Shown here: positions 1-12,380 of the stretch, one piece after another | How the letters are laid out: every line of letters starts with the position of its first letter | Position numbering within the stretch: the stretch's first letter is position 1 | Notes under the pieces: generated by a model | Told to the model about the DNA's origin: nothing | Database searches by the model: none | What the model saw: the letters and a program-made list of their open reading frames with translations, nothing else | Assembly (NCBI GenBank): GCA_032718475.1 | Contig: JAUCBJ010007064.1 | Span: 1-38,693, forward strand | Reading direction: 5' to 3' | Length of the DNA stretch: 38,693 nucleotides | Origin: Nemertoderma westbladi | Taxonomy: Eukaryota; Animalia; Xenacoelomorpha | Position numbers and translations under genes: made by a program

Positions 1-1626
1 CAATTTGTCGCGCTCCAATGCGACACTTTGCTGCACCTCTTGCAGCTCTATCCTACTATCCCTTACGGTTCCCTTGAGTTGGTAGACAGTCCCTTCTAAG
101 TCCCGGATCTGTTGCGAGGAACAGTCCCGCTGTTCCCGCATTTGACCGAGCAAGAGACTCATCTCCCGCCGTCCCTTCTCCACCCACTCGACCGCCGAAG
201 CGGGAGTCGCCAACGTTGTAGCGGGCCGTATCGGGGCGACGGGAGACAGATCTTGTATGTCTCTCTCGGTCTCCAGAACCGGGGCTTGGGCTGCTCCACC
301 AGGTGCCGTTAGTTTAATAGTACTGTGTAAAGGGAATTTGGTAGTAGGTTTGGGGAGTACAGGGGTCTCTCTCACCGAAGTGGTGTTTTCTAGAACAGGC
401 CTAATTATTTCCGGCTCATCTACTATAGTAGGGAGTCTGGTAATGGTAATAGTTTGGTCTGTGGGTTCTGTACTATCTACTGCTATGCTAGCTAGTTGTC
501 TCTTAACAGCTGGAGGCAAATCAGGCAATTTCTGACGTGGAGACATTCTTTTACGCCTACTGAGACGAGATCTATTTCCTCCACCTTCAGGGTCGGTAGT
601 GTCTCCTTCCTCCGATGATGTATACCCTTGGCGTTTCGAAGTAGATCGACTCAGTATCTTCATTCGACTTTCTGTGAGGCGTTTATCGATGTAATCATGT
701 GTCTCTTGCAGATTTGCCAACTCTAGTTGGGCGATCTCGTCAGAAGCTCTCTTTTCCGCTTCTGCCAATTTTCTTTCTGCCTCTGCCTCTGCCGCTGCCG
801 CTGCTAATTTTCTTTCTGCCTCTGCCTCTGCTGCTGCCGCTGCCCTTTTTGCTGCCTCTGCCTCTGTCGCTGCCGCTGCTATCTTTCTTGCTGCCTCTGC
901 CTCTGCCACTGCTACTGCCTTTCGATCTTCTATTCGTTTTTTCTGGACTTGTGTTTCCTGGGCTCTAGCGATGCGTCTTTCCTCATCAAATTTAGCTTGA
1001 TCTTCAGCTAACATCTGAGCATCGAGGTCGTCCAACACACGCTTAGCCCCTGCACTATTAGGTGTAAATCCATGCAACCGTCTTCTCAACTCCTCGTCTC
1101 CTATGAATCGCTGATAATCTGACAGATAGATATCGATTGCATCTCTAGTTCGCGGCTTCTCTGTAGATGTTAATTCGCTTTCCACTTCGCTTTCCACTTC
1201 GCTTTCCACTTGGGAAGAAGGGGCGTCGGTTGATTCTTCAAAGGTTGGCCGCTCATCGCAAACCGTATCCGCAATTTTCGCCCCGCGTTCGGGCGTCCGC
1301 TCAACAGTCTCCGAACTACTGGAGCTATCTGGTCGCTGGGGACTAGGTTCTCGATCAGGATGTTGCTGCGATAGGACAGCTTCCTCTAGGTTCCGTTTTA
1401 CCTGGGCCCGAGTGCCTATGATAGACCTATGGTGGATTAGCCTAGGGTCTGATACTACTACTGTAGGGCTAGGGATGACCTTGCTTACAGTAGGAGGGGA
1501 CTTGGACTTCGGTCTCAGACGTTCTATACTCTTAGCTGAGTCCCAGATCTTTTTAAGACCCTGTCTAACACTCGTTCTAGCACTTTCTAAGAAACTATCT
1601 GACAGTGATTGGGTTTGTTCAGCCAT
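1..1626 (-). CDS. gag: Gag N-terminal region of element A (542 codons, no stop, open at window edge)
   Basis: Manual translation from ATG at 1626: MAEQTQSLSDSF...DAIDIYLSDYQRFIGDEELRRR...(AEAEAERK)n coiled coil...LPTIVDEPEIIRPVLE...ELQEVQQSVALERDKL. It is collinear with B ORFs 12381, 13160, 13565 and 13911. Confidence 0.88.
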   Translation of the reverse strand, partial: MAEQTQSLSDSFLESARTSVRQGLKKIWDSAKSIERLRPKSKSPPTVSKVIPSPTVVVSDPRLIHHRSIIGTRAQVKRNLEEAVLSQQHPDREPSPQRPDSSSSSETVERTPERGAKIADTVCDERPTFEESTDAPSSQVESEVESEVESELTSTEKPRTRDAIDIYLSDYQRFIGDEELRRRLHGFTPNSAGAKRVLDDLDAQMLAEDQAKFDEERRIARAQETQVQKKRIEDRKAVAVAEAEAARKIAAAATEAEAAKRAAAAAEAEAERKLAAAAAEAEAERKLAEAEKRASDEIAQLELANLQETHDYIDKRLTESRMKILSRSTSKRQGYTSSEEGDTTDPEGGGNRSRLSRRKRMSPRQKLPDLPPAVKRQLASIAVDSTEPTDQTITITRLPTIVDEPEIIRPVLENTTSVRETPVLPKPTTKFPLHSTIKLTAPGGAAQAPVLETERDIQDLSPVAPIRPATTLATPASAVEWVEKGRREMSLLLGQMREQRDCSSQQIRDLEGTVYQLKGTVRDSRIELQEVQQSVALERDKL

Positions 1627-1734
1627 GTTTGATTGTACAGTTGAATGCCTACTGCTATAGTTACAGTTAAAGCAAGTCTAGTAATTCAGTAAGACTGTTG
1701 GCCTAGTACCGGTAATTAATTGCAATATATTAGA

Positions 1735-1980
1735 ATACCGGTATACACTTATAGTATATATAAGTATAACAGACTAGATTTGTCACAGAGTACCGATATA
1801 TAATTTTAGCACAAATATATATAAATATATAATAGGCCTATCGTGAATACCGGTATACAGCTGACACTTATAGTATATATAAGTATAATTATTACTAGAA
1901 TTAATTACAGAATACCGGTATGATTTCAGCTCAAATTTATAGAAATAAATATAATAAACCTATTAGAGATACCGGTATAT
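1735..1980. repeat. Degenerate ~120-bp tandem repeat in 5' UTR of A (counterpart at ~9480-9725 in B)
   Basis: Recurring ATACCGGTATA...CACTTATAGTATATATAAGTATAA blocks. Confidence 0.6.
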
Positions 1981-2964
1981 CAATTATTTAGGATAATTGA
2001 ATTTCTGAAATTATAAGTTACTTAGTTACTTGAGTTTACTTTGTTACCGTTATGCAAGCAGTAGTCCAACTGATATTGTGACCTACTTGTTGTATGGCAG
2101 GCCTACTGATTTATAAATCTTTGGAGTTGATTTATAATATATATATACCCTGATAAGGGATTTCGTTACAAGATTGAAATAGGTGTTACTATTTCCGGCA
2201 AAATACCACTACACAGAAGCTAAGCGCTTTCAGTGAAGTACTACTTATGGGACACTAAACAGAATAATTCTACTGGCCTACGTTACTTATTTACTAGTTA
2301 CTTACTATTGGTGAGATTACAATCTCTAATAAACACACAAAACGTTACGTACAGAAATTTTTAGGGCAATTTTACAGGGAAACTACTAACCAGTCTAACA
2401 AAGGGTTAGATCTTCTGGTTATTTCAACGGACAGGATACTACGGTATTTGAAAATAATAAGCAGAAGTAAATATTGCGTTGTCTAGATAGGAAAATACCA
2501 CCGCCTGACGACCTACAGCCGTAGCGCTATAGGTACAACGTTATGTATCTACGGAGTGTTCCTACCTAGAAGTTAATTACCGCCGTCTACCAGAACGAGC
2601 GTGCCTATTAACTACTTTACAACACAATAATGCCTACACTAATTACTCTCGGACAGCACTGTACACTAAACCCTAAATTAGGTACAGGTACTTGTAAAAC
2701 AGATAACCAGTAGTTAAATATACTTGAACAGTTAAAAGAACCACAGCATCTGCTGGAGTGACCGGGGCACTAAGTCACCAGTCTTTACCTACGCCAAGCA
2801 GCCCGTGTAGTACTGGGGTTAATTTAACTATAACGGTATGTATAACAAACACAATTACTGTAGGAATAAACTTGGGGACATGAATGTTGCGAGTAATTGC
2901 ATAAACTCTGAATAATAAATATTACGCTACCCGTACAGAATACTCAAATAAAATACAAACTAAA

Positions 2965-3485
2965 ATGCTGACAGACTACCACTAAGCCTAAACAAACTAC
3001 TGTATGTGCAGATTCTGAAACTGTTAGTTAGTATGCGTGCTAATACGGTAGTACGACTTATTCTTTAAGAGGGGATTGTCCTTACAGCGATGGCTGCCCC
3101 AACTTACTAACGGCACTTTATCAGACTTACTCTACACACGTAGCAATTCCTTCAGACCCAACAACAGCTAGGCAACAATCCAGCCCACAAAATATCTGAA
3201 TAATATTACGGTATCTGAACAGACTATACAGACAGTACAGGATAAACGCTGACGGACTACTATCAAGCCTAAATAACCACAGTATATGCAGATTCCGAAA
3301 CTTGTTAGTGAGTATGCGTGCTAATAAGGTAGCGCGGCTTATTCTTTATGGGGGTTGACCTTACAACTTACGAGTTGCCCCAACTTACTAACTGGCACCT
3401 ATCAGACTCTCTACACACGCTGTAATCTTCAAGCCTAACAACAGTCAGACAACAGTCCAGCCTACAATGATCTGAACAATCTGAG
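2965..3485. repeat. ~280-bp diverged tandem duplication in 5' UTR of A
   Basis: GCTGAC(A/G)GACTAC...GCAGATT(C)..AAACT...GCCCCAACTTACTAAC...CTCTACACACG...TCCAGCC occurs twice (~2967, ~3248). B has one copy at ~8225-8470. Confidence 0.8.
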
Positions 3486-4101
3486 CAGACTTACACGTCT
3501 TCTACTCAATACTAACTTACACGTGAAATAAAACTCGACAGAAATAAATAAGCTCCAAAAGAAACAAGGGGTGTACAGTCCCTAATTTCTTAAACAGCCT
3601 ACCAATGTATAATATCACAATCGAAATAATACTAATGCACTTGTACAGCAGTACCGGTTATGACAGTTAGGCCTACGGACCTACGGTAATAGTACCGGTT
3701 ATGACAGTTGGGCCTACTGACCTACTGGTACCGGTTCTGATGTACCGGTACTTTTCAATCTTATTGCTTACCGCAAATAAGATCGATAGCTATTATTGTA
3801 CGCGCTTTTATAGACCTTCAGCAGTTTAACCTGCCGAAATTTATATGTCTTTATTGATAAACTGCCTTTTATAAGATGACAAGATTTAATACAAAACAAA
3901 CCAAAAACATTAGCCGAAGCCAGTCCATGCGCGTCCAAATGACCCGTTTATAACACCGGGAGACTGGATTCGTGGGCTTAAATTTATTTGCGGTCAAGCC
4001 TACTGTATTATTCGATTGATTACTAATATATAATCTCTGACAAATATTATTCACTTTCGGGAAATATTAGCAGTTCCTTTTAGGACGTGGCGCTCTACCT
4101 A

Positions 4102-5063
4102 TGTAAACAGAGTTCTGACTGATACTACACACAACGATATGGCTTAAATTTCAAGCATAGGGCGCATTCTTTAGGAATGCTTTATTATCAGATCCAATCA
4201 CTTTACAATCACGCACGCTACCGGTAACGCACAACACTGCTCACTGATATGCCGACAGTTACTGACTTTGATCAGGTATAAAGAGATATGCACTGGACTC
4301 AGGTAGTGTCTGTCAAACAACATTAGATTCACTACAAACACAATAATAAAGTCGCAATTGTTGTACATAACCTTTCTCTCTAACCTGTAGTGTATCAAAG
4401 ATATTGGGAAAATGTGGGTTGATTATTGATATTCTTCAAATAAAAACATCCAATTATACTGATACAAATTACAAACAGTAAAAGCAGTATGACGGTAGGT
4501 TAAGATATAATTAGATTGCATTGAATTAAGATCGATATAAAGTGATATGAATCGAGTTGATTTGATAATAGCTATGCTTTCTATAATTTAGCCTACTAAT
4601 GTTCTTATAAAAAGGCAGAAACATTGCGTCATTCCAGCCGATCTTCAGGCAGTATGGAACGACATAAACACTGAGTTTGGGAGCTGCTGTAGGTATCTCT
4701 TCAAGGAAAACGCAAATCGCCCTGATTGGTTGTTAGACCAAAACAAAGGAACCAGGAGTCCAATGAGAGCTCCCTCCACGTCATCATCCAGCTGGGAGAT
4801 GTCGTAATCAGAATCCTTCCCTTGACATAGTGACAGTGAAATGCCGCATTGCGGGGTTTGTACCCTGCTACGTCCGCATAAAGCACACATTCAGAAGAAT
4901 CTATTTTATGTCCGTTAAAAACACTTATACAGCACCCCGAGGGCTAGGGGATCCAATTATATCTGTAAACGCTTTTACAGCAGGTTTCAGAGTATTTCAG
5001 CGTATGGGGGGAAAACTGGATCGCGGGGCGAAGGACCAGTTGCATCCCACAGAAGCTTTTACA
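4102..5063 (-). repeat. Putative 5' LTR of element A
   Basis: On minus it starts TGTAAA and ends TTTACA (6-bp inverted ends), with CCAATCAG inside and AATAAA ~80 nt before the end. Homologous to 6226-7112. The 3' boundary is inferred. Confidence 0.5.
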
Positions 5064-5400
5064 GAAATAAAGTGGACTGGTTTACTGAGAAAGATGACCC
5101 ATTGTAGATTGTGGTGAACAGGCATTTCTTTTCGAAACAGAGGATAATGCTTTACTGTGAAAGATCACCCATGGTGGTGAACAGGCAATCCTTTAGGAAA
5201 CAGAGTGGAAGGGTTTACTGTGGAAGGTCACCCATGGTGGTAAAACAGGGAATCCTTTAGGAAACAGGATGGAAGGATTTACTGTGGAAGATCACCCATG
5301 GTGAGATGGTGGTGAACAGGGGTTCCTTTGGGAATCAGAGTGGATGGGCTTCCAGTGGAAGATTACCCCAGTGGTTAGTGTACATACAGGCATTCCCTTG
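5064..5400. repeat. Minisatellite, ~5 units of 63-71 bp
   Basis: TTTACTGTGGAAGATCACCCATGGTGGTGAACAGG..TCCTTTAGGAAACAGAGTGGA units at ~5081, 5151, 5214, 5278, 5349. Confidence 0.85.
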
Positions 5401-6225
5401 GCTTAACGATCCTAAAAGATTCTCTCATTCATTAAGGGTACAGGCATCCCACACCTCTTTCCTAAAAATCCTAAAATATGTGCAAATCAGAAATTAACAT
5501 TCCTAAAAACCTCCTAAATTCGAGGTGAAAATCCTAATATTCCTAAAAAATGATAAATATGATCTAGTACAGTATGTAACAATACTACAGTATGTCATGT
5601 ATGTAGCATACAGTTTAGGGGCCTACTGTATCTTTCTATTCCATTCATTGGTATTGGTAAAGCATAATAAAACAGTAAGTTTATATATAGGCCTCTACCA
5701 GTCTACACTATTCTGTAGTTATACTGTTTTCTGCCTCTGTAGTTATACTGTTTTCTGCCTAGGTGGGCACTTTAGTATTATGCTTATGTCAGTACTATAC
5801 ACAGATAGAGAATTAGGCTTACCTGTATATTTATCAGAAATTAGTTTTCATTTCCAGCTTGTACTTTAGGCCTACTGTAGGCCTACTTAATATAGAAGCA
5901 ATAGGATACTGTTAGGTACCGGTATATATATCAGGAATTTTCCTAGGAAAAAATGCCTCCCCTTAGGAAATGCACAACTGAACCCAGCCAAGGAAAGAGA
6001 CCGCATACCAACACCAACCATTACTTTGGGGACCGTTATGTGAAACACTTTTATATGTCGCTCCAATACCAACCTATGTAGAAAGTTTTAAAAAAAAACA
6101 TGAAACACAGTTTAATTAAGCCATTCGTTAATAAAATTGATTGTCCCGTATTCTCTCTTTAAAACATCTGACTGTCTGATATTTAATTGAAACATCTGAT
6201 TAGTTTGGAACATAATACTAGAACT

Positions 6226-7112
6226 TGTAAAGGCTTTTGCGGATTTAGCTGGTTATTTTCCCCGCAAAGTACTCTGTAGGTGTTTTAGCGGACATAAAAA
6301 GCCGTTTCCTTACTGTACAGCTGTTTTAGTGGACATAAAAAGCCATTTCTTCTGTATGTGTACTTTAGCGGACATAACTAGCAATTTTATGCCGCAATGC
6401 ACCAAAATACTCTTAATACAGTGTAGTTCAGATGACGACATCTATCAGCTGAGATGTCGACGTGTAGCTTTTGGCTTTCTTTGTTCAGGCTCACTCACTC
6501 GACCAATCAGAGCGATTTTCATTTTATTTGTACAGAAGCCTCCGGGAAATCGCGCAATGCATTATGGTTTATGTTTACCTTTTTCCTAAGCCCAGAACAC
6601 CGGCTGTGGAATTATTCTGTGTTTCAGACTTTAGCCAAACATTAGAACGGCTTTGATCATAGAAACGTATAACTGTTATCAAATCATATTGTCATATTGT
6701 CAAACCTGATCACATACAAACATCGCATTATTTTACTGCTATTTACTGTCGGTTATTAATTGTATCAGTTGATGGAATATTGTTATATTTGGAGAATATC
6801 GATAAATAATCAGAAAACCCCAATCTTCTTGATATACTGAAGGTTAGAGAGACCAGTTACATATAGCAATTGCGACTTACATTATAGTGGTTTTGGAGTG
6901 AATTGAATGCTATTTCATAGGCCCTACATGTGTCATTTGCTGTTCTCCTTATATATGATCAAATTTAGTGAAGGTCGGCAGATCAGTGTACAGCATTGTG
7001 CGGTAGTGTGCATGACTGTGACAGATAACAAAGCATTTCCTAAAGAATGCGCTTTATACGAGAATCAATAGCCATCCCATTGTGTTTAGTGTAAGTCATA
7101 ACTCTGTTTACA
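6226..7112 (+). repeat. Putative 5' LTR of element B
   Basis: TGTAAA...TTTACA ends. CCAATCAG near 6503 is conserved with A. Homology to A stops abruptly upstream of the TG. Confidence 0.5.
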
Positions 7113-7299
7113 TACTTAGAGCACCACGTCCTAAAGGAACTGTTAATATTTCCCGAAAGTGAATAATATTTGTCAGAGATTATATATTAACGATCAATCG
7201 AATAGTACAGTAGGCCTACACCGCAATAAGGTCAGAGCATCCGAATCCAGTCTCCCTTAACCGTGGGTGAATGGTCGCGCATAGGCTGGCTTCGGCTAA

Positions 7300-7839
7300 G
7301 GGGTCGTCCAAGTATGACGTCAGCACTTTAGGGGGGGGGGGGGGGTTGGGAAAATCTGATGACGTGCTGATGAGGGGAGGGGAGGGGGTCAGCCATAATC
7401 TGACGCCAGCATGTTCATTTATAGGTGCTGGAAGAGATATAGCAGAAGAGTAAATAGCTTTTAATTGTTCGAAGCCCCCGAAGGCCCGCAGCACGACCTT
7501 CTGTTTCAATTACCAGTCACCATGTTTCAGTGATTAGGACGCGTGCTACTGGGGTACTGGGGTTCGCCTGAAAATGAAACATTAATCCTAATCCTATTAT
7601 AATATGAATTAATAATTTACTATAATTATATAATTCATAATTTGATTAAAAATAATAATTGAATGATTTACAAGTGATTATAAATAATCTTTATAATATA
7701 ATCGTTTATTACAAATTTTTTTTTTAATCTGATTTAGGGGAGGGGGGGGGGTCAACGCCTATCTGATAACATCTGATTTAGGGGAGGGAGGGGGTCAACA
7801 TTTTGGGGAAAAGTGCAGACGTCATACTTGGACGGCCCC
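7300..7839. mobile_element. PIF/Harbinger-type (Tourist-like) MITE, 540 bp
   Basis: ~30-bp TIRs GGGG(T/C)CGTCCAAGTATGACGTC(A/T)GCACTTT. TAA TSD at 7297-7299 and 7840-7842. The empty site CTTCGGCTAATGT is visible in A (~3908-3919, minus). Confidence 0.92.
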
Positions 7840-9832
7840 TAATGTAGCTTTATGTGTATCAAATACTTGTGATAGGCTAAAGTCGATTTATAACCTAGAA
7901 GACACCTAAATTTGGCAGGTTAAACTGCTAAAGGTCTAAAAGCGCAAACAATAACAGTTATTGCTTTCTTTATTGCAACGTAGGCAATAAAGTCGAAAAG
8001 TACCGGTCGACCGGTAACCAGTAGGCCTGACTGCCTAACCACCCGAACCGGTACTTACAGCAGTACAGGTACAGCAGTATTATTCGATTTTGATAATTAT
8101 ATACCGGTAGGTCTTGATAGTTAATCAGGGACGGCCGCCCTGGTTCTTTATTGGGATTTTACTTATTTCTGTCAGTTTTATTTATTTGTAAGTTAATATT
8201 GAGCAGAAGACGTGTAAGCCTTCCCAGATTGTATAAATAATTTGTAGGCTGGACTGTTGTCTGACTGTTGTTAAGTCTGAAGAGATTGCAGTGTGTGTAG
8301 AGTGTATGTCCGATAAAGTACTAGTTAGGAACGTGGGTGGCATCCAGTGCTGTAAGGTAAATCCCCCCCGAAAGAATAAGTCGTACTACTCGGTTAGAAC
8401 GCATACTAACTAACCATTTCGGAGTCTGCATATACTGTAGTTTATTTAGGCTTGATAGTAGTCTGCCAGCATTTGGTTTGTATTTTGTTTGTGTAGTCTG
8501 TATGGGTAGCGTAATATTTATTATTCAGAGTTTATGCGACTATTCGCAACATTCATATCCCCAAGTTTATTCCTACAGTAATTGTGCTTGTTATACATAC
8601 CGTTATAGTTAAATTAACCCCGGTACTACATCAGGGCTGTTCGGCGTAGGTAAAGACTGGTGATTTTATGCTCTGGTCACTCCGGCAGATACCGTGGTTC
8701 TTTTAGCTGTACAAGTATTTCTAACTGCTGGTTATTTGTTGTATAAGTACTTGTACCTAATTTAGGGTTTAGTGTACAGTGCTCTCCGAAGGTAATTAGT
8801 GTATAGGCAGTATATTTGTGTTGTAAAGTGGTTAATAGGCACGTTAGCTATAGTAGGCTGCGGTAATTAACTTCTAGGTAGGAACACTCCGGGTACATAA
8901 CGTAGTACTTATAGCGCTACGGCTATAAGTCGTCAGACGGTGGTATTTTCCTATCTAGACAACGCAATATATTTACTACTGCTTTATTATTTTCAAATAC
9001 CGTAGTATCCTGTCCGTTTGTAATAACCAGAAATTCTAACCCCTTGTTAGGCTGGTTTGTAGATTTCTTGTAAAATTAACCCTAAAAATTCGTACGTGTA
9101 ATTTTTGTGTTTATTTAGAGATTGTAATCTCACCCCGTATTGTACGTAATTTGTAGTAATAAGTAACTTAGGCAAGTAGAATTATTTGTTTTAGTGTCCA
9201 ATACAATAAGTAGCACTTCACTGAGAGTGTACAGCTTCTGTGTAGTGACTCCTTCCCAGAAATAATAACATTTATTTCAAATATTGTAACAAAACCCATT
9301 TAAAGGGTATATATATATTATAAATCAACTCAAACCGATTTATAAAATAGTAGGCCTGTCATACAACAATTAGGTCTTAATATCAGTTGGACTACTGCTT
9401 AAATAACGGTAATAAAGTAAAGTAAAGTAACTAAGTAACCCTAAAAATTCAGAAATTCAATTATTCTAAAATAATTGACATACCGGTATTTGCGATAGGC
9501 TTATTATATTTATTTCTATAAATTTGAGCTGAAATTATATACCGGTTCTGTAATTAATTCTAGTTTATAATTATACTTATATACTATAAGTGTAAGTTGT
9601 ATACCGGTATTCACGATAGGCTTATTATATATTTATATATACTTGCGCTGAAATTATATACCAGTATTCTGTGACAGACCTAGTCTGTAATAATACTTAT
9701 ATATACTATAAGTGTATACCGGTACTCTAATATATTGTATATATATCACGTTACATAGAGTAACGATATCGGTAATTAATTACTAGGCTAACAGTTGATA
9801 CTGAATTACTAGACTTGCTTTAACTGTAATAT

Positions 9833-12348
9833 CCCTAGTAGCACACCAACGTTCACCTCACGTTTACAATAGTTCTAATAACGTGGATAACGTTGTTCTG
9901 ATAACGTTCTAGGTGCGTTCACTGTTCACGTTCATCTAGGAAGGGATTTGTCCCGCTCAAAAAACGTTGATTCGACGTCATCTTATAAACGTTAGATATT
10001 CGTTCTAAAATGGTCCGTTCAACTAATTATTTACCGAACTCCTTTTGAACGGTTTAATATTGTTTTGAAAAGGTTCAATAATGGTTCCTTCAAACGTTCA
10101 AAACTGTTGGTTTGAACTGTGCTTGAACTAAAAGTGTAGTTCAAATATATAATTTCGAACGAATATTTAACCACTGCTAAATAGCTGTCAATCATTCACT
10201 ATTAAATGATAATATGGCAAAATGCCCCTCCCCCCCCCCCCCCCCCCCCTGGACAACTGACCACCGCTGTTAGTGAAACGATTTGTGTACTGCAGGACTG
10301 CAGCAAAAGTAAATCAACTGAACATGAAAACAAACATTTGCTTGTTGAAATAACACCACAAGTTTATATTGAATATTACCACTACTTACTTTATCACAAA
10401 TATACCGAATTTACCGAACATGAGAAACATGGAAAGAAATATAACAAGAAGATAAATCAAATAGGAAATACATAATATATCATTAAGGTAAAAGTTAAAT
10501 AGATAAGTCTAGAGTTAATTATTACAGAGTGGGAGTACTGTATAATGATATCTTTCTCTGGGTAGCATTCCTTCGTTTTCTCCTGAATTTTGTAGCTAGT
10601 CGAATCCCCACACACACTCCATCCATAATAAATTGCCTTTCCCAGCTGTAACAAAAATAAAATTTATTTAAAAATAAAAAAAATTAAAAGAAACATTTTA
10701 TGCACTACTTTACTTCAAAAAAAGGAAGGAGCCGATTATATAATTATACAGTACCTAATGAATAGCATGTTGTATAAGTCACTTTTACTTCAAGTGATAT
10801 ACTGTTAGGCCTATACTTTTATAAACTGTATACTCTTGCATAAATATGAAACCGAATCTTTCTAATGTGATGCTCATTTATACATACATATATACTATAA
10901 ATATACATATAATATATATGCCGCCTCCGCTTTGCAGGACATTTCTTTCGCCGTGAGAACCAGTGAGTCTGTGCACAATCTTGCGCTTTGACACCCCATG
11001 ACTTCACCCAAGACGCCTCTTAAAGGACATTGGCTTTGGAGATGCTGATAATTATGGGGATAGGGAATTGCGGCGGTGGAATTTTGTATATAACCTGGCA
11101 TATCATTCTTTGCATGCTGCTTCACAGTAAGCCAATTGAAGGTTGCATGGTGGTGGTGGTGGAACAAATTTTTGTTATAGATAGATAAATACTTACATAC
11201 CGCATTATAAACTTGAGAGATTCAACCAAAGAATTTAAATATTTAATTTACCGCTGTGGCTTAAGCAGGCTGATCGGTAAATTGGATCAATTTAAAAAAT
11301 TTATATTTATTCAATCATGTTTTTTTGCATTAATTTTATCTGTTTATTACAACAATCTTCGAATTAAATTACATGCAGTACCGCTCATGTGATATATTAA
11401 ATTACATATTTTAAAGCTAATAACTCTAACTGTCTAAAGTTCTGTCATATATTCGACTAGAAATAAAATTATTAACTAATAATTAAATTGTAAATAATTA
11501 CCTTTAGTCTCTTTGATGGATGGCGGTCCTTTATTATTGGTCCCGATACGGTTGAAAAGCATCACAAGATTGACCTCGATCTTCGCACTGTTCGCCTATT
11601 GAATGTATGTACCCCATGACGTATGTACCCCATGCCGTCATAAAAATATACAGGAAATAATTGAGACGCAACAAAAATTAATTTAAATTACAGTTATACA
11701 ATGTAGAATGTTGTATTACACACCGTTATACAGTACCTACTACTGTATACTTTGCTCCTGAGTTCTGTATGAACCAATATACCACTATTTTTACATCATT
11801 CAGTACTTGGGCAGTTCCAGTATTGCCTGTAATTGGATGATTAATCACAGACACTGGTTCCCATAGCGTGGGAAAGTTTGTCGTTCAGATAATTATTATT
11901 TTGAACGGAAAATGTTTAGTATTGAACCGCTATTGAACTACGGTTATGAAAAACATAGTTTGGACATTTTTTGAACGACAATTTTAAAAATATCTGAACT
12001 GAAATTGAACTGGTTAATTTTTATTGGATAATAAACAATATTGAAACGTTCACAATAGAAAACGGAAATATAACTTGCCATTTACAAATCGTTACTTTTC
12101 AGTTTCTGAACTCAAATTGAACTGGTTATTGCTTTGGACGCCATTCAAACGTCCAAGAACATTAACGGGAAATTAACTGATACCATTAATGAACGTTACT
12201 TTTCAGTTGAAACACCAACACCATTTAGGCGTTATTATATGGAGACTAATTTAGAACGTTGAAATCTGGTACAGTATGTGCGACGTTTATGGAGTGGACA
12301 TGTTCTCAACGTCCAAAAGCTGTGTGTGAACGTTATGTGCTACTAGGG
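9833..12348. mobile_element. Non-autonomous CMC/EnSpm-like DNA transposon, 2516 bp
   Basis: TIRs CCCTAGTAGCACA(CC/T)AACGTTCAC. 2-bp AT TSD at 9831-9832 and 12349-12350. Many subterminal AACGTT/GAAC motifs at both ends. Empty site in A (~1650-1675). No transposase ORF. The superfamily call rests on CCC ends plus 2-bp TSD. Confidence 0.8.
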
Positions 12349-12380
12349 ATAGCAGTAGGCATTCAACTGTACAAACAAAC

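Larger units (their letters stand above)
1..5063 (-). mobile_element. Bel/Pao LTR retrotransposon, element A (5' part; continues beyond left edge)
   Basis: Reverse complement aligns by eye with element B from 6226 to ~14450 once B's insertions are removed. Homology starts at TGTAAA in both copies (5063 minus, 6226 plus). Family assigned via B's pol motifs. Confidence 0.85.

Noticed and set aside
699-968. Leu/Pro-rich or Phe-rich ORFs (also 13414-13795, 17255-17623, 27094-28158, 28744-29499)
   Set aside because: Antisense or alternate-frame shadows of repetitive real coding sequence
5405-5975. Possible MITE with clustered TCCTAAAA motifs
   Set aside because: Could not define a matching TIR pair or TSD
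10206-11167. Transposase or cargo ORFs inside the CMC-like element
   Set aside because: Short ORFs with no recognisable motifs; one is driven by a poly-C run
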